Part shown: positions 40,699-47,851 of the stretch, one piece after another
Layout of the letters: each line of letters opens with the position of its first letter
Position numbering within the stretch: position 1 is the first letter of the stretch
Made by a program: the position numbers and the translations under genes
The notes under the pieces: model-generated
What the model was told of the DNA's origin: nothing
What the model saw: only the letters and a program-made list of their open reading frames with translations
The model's database searches: none
Virus record (IMG/VR): IMGVR_UViG_3300031963_000179
Location: 1-56,801 of that record
Length of the DNA stretch: 56,801 nucleotides
Direction: 5' to 3' (one strand)
DNA from: a virus
Taxonomy: Duplodnaviria > Caudoviricetes

Positions 40699-41914
40699 TT
40701 ATTAAATCTCTTAGTTCTGGAATTACGCTAACAAGACTTTCATTTCTGATTAAGTCAAGTTTTTTTGTATACCTTTTAAAATTTATTAGATTTTCTTCAT
40801 TAAATGGCTTGTCTAAATGCCAAAAAAGATGTAAGAATTTATTTTTTATATCAACATTAAATTTTGAATTATAATCACTTATAAATTTTTCTAATTTTTC
40901 TTTTATTTTTTCTCTTGTATAATCAGGTAACGCACTTACATGAAATTGCGGATTATATTCTACGACATTAAATGAAAAGTTTTGATAATTTTCATCATGT
41001 TCATTCACTGCTCCTATGTCAACTAGTCTCCAAATGATTTCTGGTATACGATGAACATTCATGTTACTCACTGTTATACCAGGTTTACAATGTATACCTA
41101 TTTGACTTACTGTTTTAAGATTTTCTTCGACATTTTTCCAATTCGTTCCGCTACGTATAAGTTCTGCTCTTTCATCAATTTCATCAATGCTCGGCCATAA
41201 CCATACACGTTTACCCCATTTTTTCCAATAATCAATTACATTTTTGTTTTTATATTTTAGTACACTTAAATTTGTATTATACGTTATGATTACATCATAT
41301 CTTTCTTTTTCATCAAGCATATCTAATATTTGCCAATGCTCGTCCATTAATAAAGGCTCTCCGCCTGCAAAGTATACTTTTTCTACAATGTCAACGTATT
41401 GTTTTAAAAAATCTACATTTCTTGATTCATCAACCGACTCGATACTAAAAACTTTTTTACTTTCATTGTAAGTAACCCAACCCATTTCTTTAGCATCAGG
41501 AATCCACGAACTTGAAAATTCGGGACCACAAGTTCTACACTTGTAATTACAAAGATTACTAAATCTAAAATCCCAGTATCTTAAATCAACTTTTTCAACG
41601 TGTCCGTCAGGCGATGTTATATTTGGTATTTCTTTCAGCTTTTCACTGAAATATCTATTATGATTTATTCGTGTACTAAAATTGGAACTATGTTCACTTT
41701 CAAAACATCTTCGGCACATGTTAGGTTCTTCGCCATTTAACATTTGTACACGAATACTTTTCATGTAATCGCTATTCCAAATTTCTTCAATGGTTTGTGT
41801 GTTTAAGTCACCTGCATAAGTTTTGTGTTCAGAAGTCATGCAACATGGATATACTTTTCCTCTTGGGATAATATTTAAATGTACCCAAGGAATTGAACAG
41901 ACGGTATTTTTCAT
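40691..41914 (-). CDS. radical SAM protein with an N-terminal SPASM/twitch-like Cys cluster
   Basis: CSIPW...GKVYPCC...CRRC; NLCNYKCRTC; AGGEP, NTN, SID. Confidence 0.88.
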   Translation of the reverse strand: MKNTVCSIPWVHLNIIPRGKVYPCCMTSEHKTYAGDLNTQTIEEIWNSDYMKSIRVQMLNGEEPNMCRRCFESEHSSNFSTRINHNRYFSEKLKEIPNITSPDGHVEKVDLRYWDFRFSNLCNYKCRTCGPEFSSSWIPDAKEMGWVTYNESKKVFSIESVDESRNVDFLKQYVDIVEKVYFAGGEPLLMDEHWQILDMLDEKERYDVIITYNTNLSVLKYKNKNVIDYWKKWGKRVWLWPSIDEIDERAELIRSGTNWKNVEENLKTVSQIGIHCKPGITVSNMNVHRIPEIIWRLVDIGAVNEHDENYQNFSFNVVEYNPQFHVSALPDYTREKIKEKLEKFISDYNSKFNVDIKNKFLHLFWHLDKPFNEENLINFKRYTKKLDLIRNESLVSVIPELRDLINA

Positions 41915-41920
41915 ATAATC

Positions 41921-41938
41921 TATATATCACTCTAAATA
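41921..41938. promoter_or_regulatory. back-to-back divergent late-type promoters
   Basis: GATATATA on the minus strand (41921-41928) 6 nt before ATG 41914; TCTAAATA on the plus strand (41931-41938) before ATG 41956. Confidence 0.5.
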
Positions 41939-41955
41939 CTTTGAAACTAAATTTT

Positions 41956-44127
41956 ATGATTACTGAACAAGAAATAAAAAAGCGTGAAGAACTTTGGGAG
42001 TTAGGATATTGGGAAATTCCTGATGGGTTAGATGTAAGTCATTTTAATTTTGCATGGCGCCCCTATAAATTCGATAGACCCTATATACATCAATTTGGTA
42101 CACAACATCAAAAGACAGGCGGCCCTAAATTTATCATTCCTAATAATGAAGGCATAAAATATCAAGATTTTCAACATGCAATAAAATTACCTGACCGAGA
42201 CAACAGATGTTGGAGACCTTTATTATCTAATGCTACAATAGATTTTAGTTGGCACCCTGATGAAACTGAGCCTCCTTTTATATATGTGTTTGGTAACCAA
42301 TGGCATGATGCACAAATTATGCCTACGTATCAATATAGAGTAAAAGGTGCTACAGAAAAAAAATATGTAGAAAACATAAAAGCCACATTGTTACCAAATA
42401 AATCTAACTGGAAAATTCCCGATGATATTGATGATAGTGCTTTCGACTATAGTTGGGTACCAAATCCTTATGAGCCACCAATTAATTGGGTGTTTGGCAC
42501 ACAATGGCAAAAAACAGGTGGTCCTGTTTTTTATAACGATAATGCAATTGGATCAAAGTATGTAGATTTTCAAAAAGTACAAAAAATTGCTAATAAAGAA
42601 AATAGATGTTGGCGAGTATTAAAACCTAATTTAGATTTTGATTTTAGTTGGCATCCTGATGAAACTGATCCGCCATACATTTATATATTTGGCAATCAAT
42701 GGTATGATGCAGAAACTATGCCTTCATTAATGTATAGAGTAAAAGGAGCAGTTGATAAAAAATATGTTACTGATTTAAAATGCGAACTTTTGCCAAACAA
42801 AAGTAAATGGAATATCCCAGATGATATCGAAAATGATTTTGACTACAGTTGGCTACCGCACCCGCACGAACCACCGTTGATTTGGCAATTTGGAACACAA
42901 TGGCAAAAAACAGGAGGTCCTCAATACATAGCTGATGGTGCAACGGTTCTAAAATACACTGATGAATTAAAAGCTAAACGCAAATCAAATATTAAAAAAT
43001 TTAGAATTATTGAGCCAGTTGATAAAGAAGATTTTGATTTTACTTGGCATCCAGATGATACTGAAGAACCGTACAATTATATTTTTGGCAACGACATACA
43101 CAGCTATGATAAAATGCCCACCCTAATGTATAAATCAAGTGAGGCAGTAGGTACAAAATATATTGATGATATTAAACCAAAACTAAAAATAGAAGAAGTA
43201 TTGGTAAATGACAGCATTTTTGATTCTGTCATATCTGACCCATTAAATTATAAATTTAATTTTTTTGGAATTGAAAAAATAGAATTTAGGCATTTGTTAA
43301 AAGATGATGAAGAATTAAATGTAATGCACATAATTGATAATGTAGCTGCTGTTATACCGAAAGAAGCAAAGACTTATGTTTACGATAAGCTTTATGACTA
43401 CCCATACATAAAATATCATAATTTGGGATACAGAAATAGACCGTTGGATATAATATTTTTGAGTAATGGTGAAAAGGGTTCAGAAGAAAACTACGAACAT
43501 CTACTTAATTTAGTAAGAGGTTTGCCTAACAATATTATAGGAATCAAAGATATACAGGGGCGTGTGGCAAGTCAGCATGAGGCGGCAAATATGGCATCAA
43601 CACCTTGGTATTTTTTAATTAACGGTAAATGCAAAGTAAATCCTAACTTTGATTTTAGTTGGCAACCCGATCGTATGTGTACTGCACGACATTATATATT
43701 TAGAGCGACCAATCCTGTAAATGGTCTTGAATATGGTCATATGGCTATTGTGGCAAATAACAAACGGTTAACACTTAATACAAAAGGAACAGGATTAGAT
43801 TTTACTTTAGAAAGCCCACACCAAGTAGTGGATATCAATTCTGGTATAGGTGTATTTAATACAAGTAAATGGGATACTTGGCGTACCTCATTCCGCGAAG
43901 TAATCAAACTTAAACACAATGTAGAAACGATAAATGATAAAGCTAGTTTGGAACGGCTTACTACATGGTTAACTATTGCAGAGGGTGCCTATGCTGAATG
44001 GTCTATTAAAGGATCACATGATGCTATAGAATATTATGAATCTGTGCATGGGGATTTTGAAAAACTAAAATTGAGTTATGACTGGGAATGGTTACATGTA
44101 AAATTTAATAGCATAAGACCAAAATAA
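41956..44127 (+). CDS. repeat protein (six ~65-aa DFSWxP repeats) fused to a GT2-like domain
   Basis: Start at MITEQ (41956) avoids overlap with the divergent gene; C-terminal domain is paralogous to 35154..36083. Confidence 0.75.
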   Translation: MITEQEIKKREELWELGYWEIPDGLDVSHFNFAWRPYKFDRPYIHQFGTQHQKTGGPKFIIPNNEGIKYQDFQHAIKLPDRDNRCWRPLLSNATIDFSWHPDETEPPFIYVFGNQWHDAQIMPTYQYRVKGATEKKYVENIKATLLPNKSNWKIPDDIDDSAFDYSWVPNPYEPPINWVFGTQWQKTGGPVFYNDNAIGSKYVDFQKVQKIANKENRCWRVLKPNLDFDFSWHPDETDPPYIYIFGNQWYDAETMPSLMYRVKGAVDKKYVTDLKCELLPNKSKWNIPDDIENDFDYSWLPHPHEPPLIWQFGTQWQKTGGPQYIADGATVLKYTDELKAKRKSNIKKFRIIEPVDKEDFDFTWHPDDTEEPYNYIFGNDIHSYDKMPTLMYKSSEAVGTKYIDDIKPKLKIEEVLVNDSIFDSVISDPLNYKFNFFGIEKIEFRHLLKDDEELNVMHIIDNVAAVIPKEAKTYVYDKLYDYPYIKYHNLGYRNRPLDIIFLSNGEKGSEENYEHLLNLVRGLPNNIIGIKDIQGRVASQHEAANMASTPWYFLINGKCKVNPNFDFSWQPDRMCTARHYIFRATNPVNGLEYGHMAIVANNKRLTLNTKGTGLDFTLESPHQVVDINSGIGVFNTSKWDTWRTSFREVIKLKHNVETINDKASLERLTTWLTIAEGAYAEWSIKGSHDAIEYYESVHGDFEKLKLSYDWEWLHVKFNSIRPK

Positions 44128-44136
44128 TTGTTTTAG

Positions 44137-44144
44137 TCTAAATA
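44137..44144 (+). promoter_or_regulatory. late promoter TCTAAATA
   Basis: Intergenic, upstream of an AGGA RBS and ATG 44166. Confidence 0.5.
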
Positions 44145-44165
44145 TTATATTAGGATAATACAAAT

Positions 44166-44306
44166 ATGGGCACTGAACAGTTATATTTTATCATTGGATT
44201 TTTAATTGGGGTGATATTAATGGGAAGTATTAGTGTGGCATTTTTTATTTTATATCATGAGTGGGTCAAGCCTTTAGATAAAGACAATGATAGCATCTTT
44301 GATTAA
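44166..44306 (+). CDS. 46-aa single-TM membrane protein (absent from the ORF track)
   Basis: MGTEQLYFIIGFLIGVILMGSISVAFFILYHEWVKPLDKDNDSIFD; RBS and promoter upstream. Confidence 0.6.
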   Translation: MGTEQLYFIIGFLIGVILMGSISVAFFILYHEWVKPLDKDNDSIFD

Positions 44307-44406
44307 TTGGTTACAAATTATGCCCATACATATTGCAATAATATGCATTGGATGTATAATGTATACATGTTATTTGTGGTTTAAATTGTTGTATGAAGTT
44401 GAATGA
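44287..44406 (+). CDS. possible 39-aa hydrophobic peptide
   Basis: MIASLINWLQIMPIHIAIICIGCIMYTCYLWFKLLYEVE; overlaps the preceding ORF and the 5' end of the tmRNA. Confidence 0.3.
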   Translation: MIASLINWLQIMPIHIAIICIGCIMYTCYLWFKLLYEVE

Positions 44407-44700
44407 AAGGTGTTCTGGACGCGGGTTCGACTCCCGCCTGGTCCACCAGAAGTGTTGTTTAGGGTGGTAAGTATGAGTTTAACAAGACTCAGAGGACCGG
44501 AATCCCCGATCTGTGAACAGCAGAACACTTCTGATGGGCCAGACATGGTTTCGACAGGGCAATGAGTAAGGATATGGACAACACAGTAGGCGATGACTGT
44601 CAATCAAGCAAAACTATAACTGCAAACGCAGCTAACGATGAGGTATATGCTCTAGCAGCATGATCTCCGGGGGAACTATCCCTTGTTACCAAAAATAGTA
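44388..44700 (+). ncRNA. ssrA: circularly permuted (two-piece) tmRNA
   Basis: Acceptor piece comes first: T arm GCGGG-TTCGACT-CCCGC, then CTGGTCC-A-CCA ending at 44448. Intervening segment 44449-44535. Coding piece starts GGGCCAG at 44536 (7-bp acceptor stem with G3.U70), then GGTTTCGAC. Tag ORF 44622-44663 encodes ANAANDEVYALAA*. Outer ends are approximate. Confidence 0.93.
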
Positions 44701-44722
44701 AAAGGGGCTTCGGCCCCTTTTT
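44700..44722. terminator. bidirectional intrinsic terminator
   Basis: AAAAGGGGC-TTCG-GCCCCTTTTT between the convergent tmRNA and the 44721 ORF. Confidence 0.9.
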
Positions 44723-44939
44723 ATTTACCTTTGAAACTTGAACACATCATTTCAAATTCTTGTTGTTTAGAAGTTATCTGACCATAACTTGCTTTAGGAT
44801 TTTTTTGTCTGTATTCCTCTTTTTCTTTTTCGACACATGCATCGTATTGATTAGTGCATCCGGTCAATATCGCACCAATTAAAGTCAGATACAACAAAAA
44901 ACATACATATGTAAGAAATTCAAATGCATAATCTTTCAT
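44721..44939 (-). CDS. small putative lipoprotein
   Basis: Hydrophobic N-terminus ending in a lipobox-like ILTGC; AGGAG RBS. Confidence 0.6.
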   Translation of the reverse strand: MKDYAFEFLTYVCFLLYLTLIGAILTGCTNQYDACVEKEKEEYRQKNPKASYGQITSKQQEFEMMCSSFKGK

Positions 44940-44951
44940 AATATTCTCCTA

Positions 44952-45203
44952 TTAGTAAAATACCATTGGTCTAAAAGTTTTATCGATAGCAGCAGGTCTT
45001 ATGTTTTTTTCGGTACTTCCTGCATAATAAGTTGAATGTTCACTTTCGTAATTTATAGTGAAGCCTGTAACTTGGTTGTCTTTAATTACTGGAATAATTT
45101 CGCATATTGTTTTTCCTGTACGTTCTTCAATATACTCTGTAAGAATTTTTTTAATTTGATCTAAATCAATAGTTGAGTTCATATCAATTATAATATCTTC
45201 CAT
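44952..45203 (-). CDS. hypothetical protein
   Basis: 83-aa ORF, AGGA RBS, tightly packed with neighbours. Confidence 0.65.
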   Translation of the reverse strand: MEDIIIDMNSTIDLDQIKKILTEYIEERTGKTICEIIPVIKDNQVTGFTINYESEHSTYYAGSTEKNIRPAAIDKTFRPMVFY

Positions 45204-45211
45204 TTTTTATC

Positions 45212-45397
45212 CTATAAGTATGATCTGTAACTACATGAGGTCTTGATTCTATTGTTTTTAAAACTTTGCAAATTATCAAATCTTCCCTTAGCCTCCATGC
45301 ATTCTTCTCTTGTTTGAAATCTTAATTCCATTGATCCTGTAGTTTTTGTATCTATTGGACTGTTTACAAAAATGCTTACAACTAATAATGCCCACAT
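45212..45397 (-). CDS. small secreted/membrane-anchored two-Cys protein
   Basis: MWALLVVSIF signal-like start; FQTREEC...TSC. Confidence 0.6.
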   Translation of the reverse strand: MWALLVVSIFVNSPIDTKTTGSMELRFQTREECMEAKGRFDNLQSFKNNRIKTSCSYRSYL

Positions 45398-45398
45398 A

Positions 45399-46043
45399 TT
45401 ATTTCCTATATAAGTAGTTTACAAAATTTAACAATAGTTGTCCATGTGTATCACCATGATAATGTTTGCGCATCCAAGTGTAACTATCATACCAGTGCTT
45501 CTCACTTTCTGGATGACAACCAATTAATCCTACATTATCCTGTATAATCGCCATTGGGTCGTTGTTTCTATATACCGCAATAGTTTCAAATTTGTTACTA
45601 TCACCTTCGTAAGAACAACCATCATAAAAATACATACCCATTTCTTGACCTAACCAATTTACATAAATGTTTTTAGCGTGTGGTCGTTTCGTATCTGTAT
45701 TAGGTCTTTTGATATATTGTACTACTCTTACGCTATCAAGTAAACCTAAATAGTCTGTATCTGCCCAATATGCTCCCATGCATATGCCCAAATACTTGCC
45801 ACCTGATGCTACAAAGTTGCGAATTCTTTGCCCATTTACTCGCATCAAGTATCTAAATGTATCGCTATCCCCAATCCCGCCCGGAATCGCAACCATATCT
45901 ACATCGTCAAAAAAATCATCTTCAAGTTCATGTTTGGTAAACATTTTAAAACGGTAATGTGGGCTTAATGCTTTGATAATCCCGTTTCCGCTTTGAACCG
46001 AACATTTGGGTTGATGTAAAAATAGTGCTATTGTTGGGGGCAT
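45399..46043 (-). CDS. class I glutamine amidotransferase-like protein (BPL_N-like)
   Basis: IPGG, YLGICMGAY nucleophile elbow, GCHPE (Cys-His-Glu triad); start MPPTI at 46043 behind AATAAATA (46052-46059). Confidence 0.75.
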   Translation of the reverse strand: MPPTIALFLHQPKCSVQSGNGIIKALSPHYRFKMFTKHELEDDFFDDVDMVAIPGGIGDSDTFRYLMRVNGQRIRNFVASGGKYLGICMGAYWADTDYLGLLDSVRVVQYIKRPNTDTKRPHAKNIYVNWLGQEMGMYFYDGCSYEGDSNKFETIAVYRNNDPMAIIQDNVGLIGCHPESEKHWYDSYTWMRKHYHGDTHGQLLLNFVNYLYRK

Positions 46044-46062
46044 ATTATACGTATTTATTACC

Positions 46063-46124
46063 AAAAAAATAGCCCAATTGGGCATCTGGTTACGAGTTCC
46101 AGAGACACTCTATATTTGTGTCCG
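46063..46124 (-). terminator. three-hairpin element ending in an intrinsic terminator
   Basis: GACAC/GTGTC, TCTGG/CCAGA and GCCC-AATT-GGGC, followed by TATTTTTTT. Confidence 0.55.
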
Positions 46125-46127
46125 ATT

Positions 46128-46838
46128 TTAACTCCAATATTTTGTATGATCAAGTTTATCCCAATATTTTTTATTATTTCGATTTATAAAGTTTTTAATT
46201 GTATACCAGCCCATACCAAAGTATCCCATCTTTTTAAATCTGCGTGAGTCCTGTCCAAAATGATGATCTATAATATCAAATTTTTTAGGATCATATTTTC
46301 GTGATAAAAAAAAATCCTCTGAGGTTGTAAACCGTGTATCAAACCCACCGTATTCGTCAAATTTATCTTTACGAGTCAAAAAGAAAGCACCTACAGCAAA
46401 TGGAGAAAAATATTTTAGCATGTTGTTGATGCAGTTAAAAATCATAAAGCTTAGTTCTGCTTTCCAATTATCTTCATAACATCTTATATTAGCGCCAAGT
46501 AAATCTAGTTTATCTAGTTCCATAATACATAATGCATCACGGATAAAATAATTATCAAAGAATATTACATCCGCATCTAAAAAAAGTATATAGGGTGTTG
46601 TTACTAATTTTGCTCCGTTGTTTCTTGCAACAGCAACAGGACCACCATCAATAATCTCAATATTTAAAAAAGCACGATTATTTTTTATTACTTCTCTAGT
46701 GTTATCTGTTGAACAGTCAGCAATAATAACTCTTGTGTCGCCTATTTTTTGTAATCGCAAAGAGTCAAGCAAATGACTTATATAATTTTCTTCATTCTTA
46801 CATGGAATCACTATAGTAATTTTGTCGCTCAGCTTCAT
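46128..46838 (-). CDS. GT2 family glycosyltransferase
   Basis: IVIPCKNEE, IIADCSTD, ARNNGA, LFLDAD, GGFD...SED; start MKLSD overlaps the upstream stop (ATGA). Confidence 0.88.
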   Translation of the reverse strand: MKLSDKITIVIPCKNEENYISHLLDSLRLQKIGDTRVIIADCSTDNTREVIKNNRAFLNIEIIDGGPVAVARNNGAKLVTTPYILFLDADVIFFDNYFIRDALCIMELDKLDLLGANIRCYEDNWKAELSFMIFNCINNMLKYFSPFAVGAFFLTRKDKFDEYGGFDTRFTTSEDFFLSRKYDPKKFDIIDHHFGQDSRRFKKMGYFGMGWYTIKNFINRNNKKYWDKLDHTKYWS

Positions 46839-47008
46839 ATTTTTTTCACACACTTTCCCTCAATCTTAAAATTATTAAATTTTAACCAATATGTCATACT
46901 TTGTAAACTCTGTTCACACGTTATTTGATCAGTAAATTCAAGAGTTATCCGACCTGGTATGTCTTTTGGATCGCTCAGATGTACTGCTATCAATATCATC
47001 AAATACAT
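46835..47008 (-). CDS. small secreted/membrane two-Cys protein overlapping the 3' end of the plcP-like gene
   Basis: MYLMILIAV...FTDQITC...GKC; stop coupled to the GT2 start; similar layout to 45212..45397. Confidence 0.6.
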   Translation of the reverse strand: MYLMILIAVHLSDPKDIPGRITLEFTDQITCEQSLQSMTYWLKFNNFKIEGKCVKKI

Positions 47009-47759
47009 TGTCAGACTCTTGTCTCCATGCAACTATTTCCCAACGACCGTTTGTGTGTTCTACTAAAGCAGTATAACTTTCTACCCAGTCTCCATCGTTC
47101 ATATAAACTATACCATCTACATCTTTTATTTCTGCATGATGAATGTGCCCACATATTACACCATCATAGCCTTTTTTCTTACAATACGCTGCTATATTTG
47201 TTTCAAATTGAAACATGAAATCTACAGCTTTTTTTACCTTGCGCTTAAGGAAACGACTAAGACTAAAATAGCCAATACCCATTCTATGTAGGATCCAATT
47301 GAACTTACTATTAATTGATAAAATGGCGTCATATGCTTTGTCTCCTAAAATTGCTAGCCAAGGGGCTAGTCTTGTAATACCATCGAATAAATCTCCATGA
47401 ACAACTAGATAGTGTTTACCATCAATACCTATATGTTCAATTTGATTATGCATTTCTACCATACCAAAATTTAAATTGTATTGTAGAAAAGGTCTTAAAA
47501 ACTCATCATGATTTCCTATTACATAAACTACTCTTGTGTTTCTTTTAGCATGACCTAAAATTCTACGCACTACGTTTGTGTGACTTTGTTTCCAACGCCA
47601 TTTATTTTGTTTTATTTTCCACGCATCAATTATATCGCCCACAAGATATAAAGTGTCACAGGTGTGATTTTTTAAAAAATTGTTTAAAGCCTCAGCCTTA
47701 CAATCTTTAGTTCCTAAATGTACATCAGATATAAAAATAGTGCGATAATGTGTTTTCAT
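46938..47759 (-). CDS. PlcP/LpxH2-like metallophosphoesterase (putative phospholipase C)
   Basis: YRTIFISDVHLG, YLVGDIIDAW, GNHDEFLR, HGDLFD, CGHIH, NDGDWVES; Pho box upstream and a glycosyltransferase downstream, as in bacterial plcP loci. Confidence 0.75.
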   Translation of the reverse strand: MKTHYRTIFISDVHLGTKDCKAEALNNFLKNHTCDTLYLVGDIIDAWKIKQNKWRWKQSHTNVVRRILGHAKRNTRVVYVIGNHDEFLRPFLQYNLNFGMVEMHNQIEHIGIDGKHYLVVHGDLFDGITRLAPWLAILGDKAYDAILSINSKFNWILHRMGIGYFSLSRFLKRKVKKAVDFMFQFETNIAAYCKKKGYDGVICGHIHHAEIKDVDGIVYMNDGDWVESYTALVEHTNGRWEIVAWRQESDNVFDDIDSSTSERSKRHTRSDNS

Positions 47760-47764
47760 AATAA

Positions 47765-47799
47765 TATTTAGAATATATTGTGTGACAATACCATTACAA
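47765..47799 (-). promoter_or_regulatory. Pho box plus TAAATA promoter of the plcP-like gene
   Basis: TTGTAAT-GGTA-TTGTCAC (47782-47799, 11-bp repeat), then 11 nt, TAAATA (47765-47770), 5 nt, ATG. Confidence 0.75.
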
Positions 47800-47804
47800 A
47801 CCAC

Positions 47805-47832
47805 AAAAAAAGGCATTTAAAATGCCTTTTTT
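47805..47832. terminator. intrinsic terminator after the porin gene
   Basis: AAAAAAGGCATT-TAA-AATGCCTTTTTT. Confidence 0.8.
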
Positions 47833-47851
47833 GTTTTATTATCAGATAATT

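Noticed and set aside
41893-41955. Longer starts in the ORF track (also 46085, 46853, 47816, 50385)
   Set aside because: These extensions run through promoters, terminators or neighbouring genes; downstream ATGs fit the RBS, promoter or coupling evidence better.
44415-44448. Stand-alone tRNA or tRNA-fragment attachment site
   Set aside because: There is no upstream D or anticodon arm; the pairing 5' strand lies downstream at 44536, so this is a permuted tmRNA. No integrase is present in the window.
44370-44603. 77-aa minus-strand ORF
   Set aside because: Antisense to the tmRNA; its sequence is explained by RNA structure.
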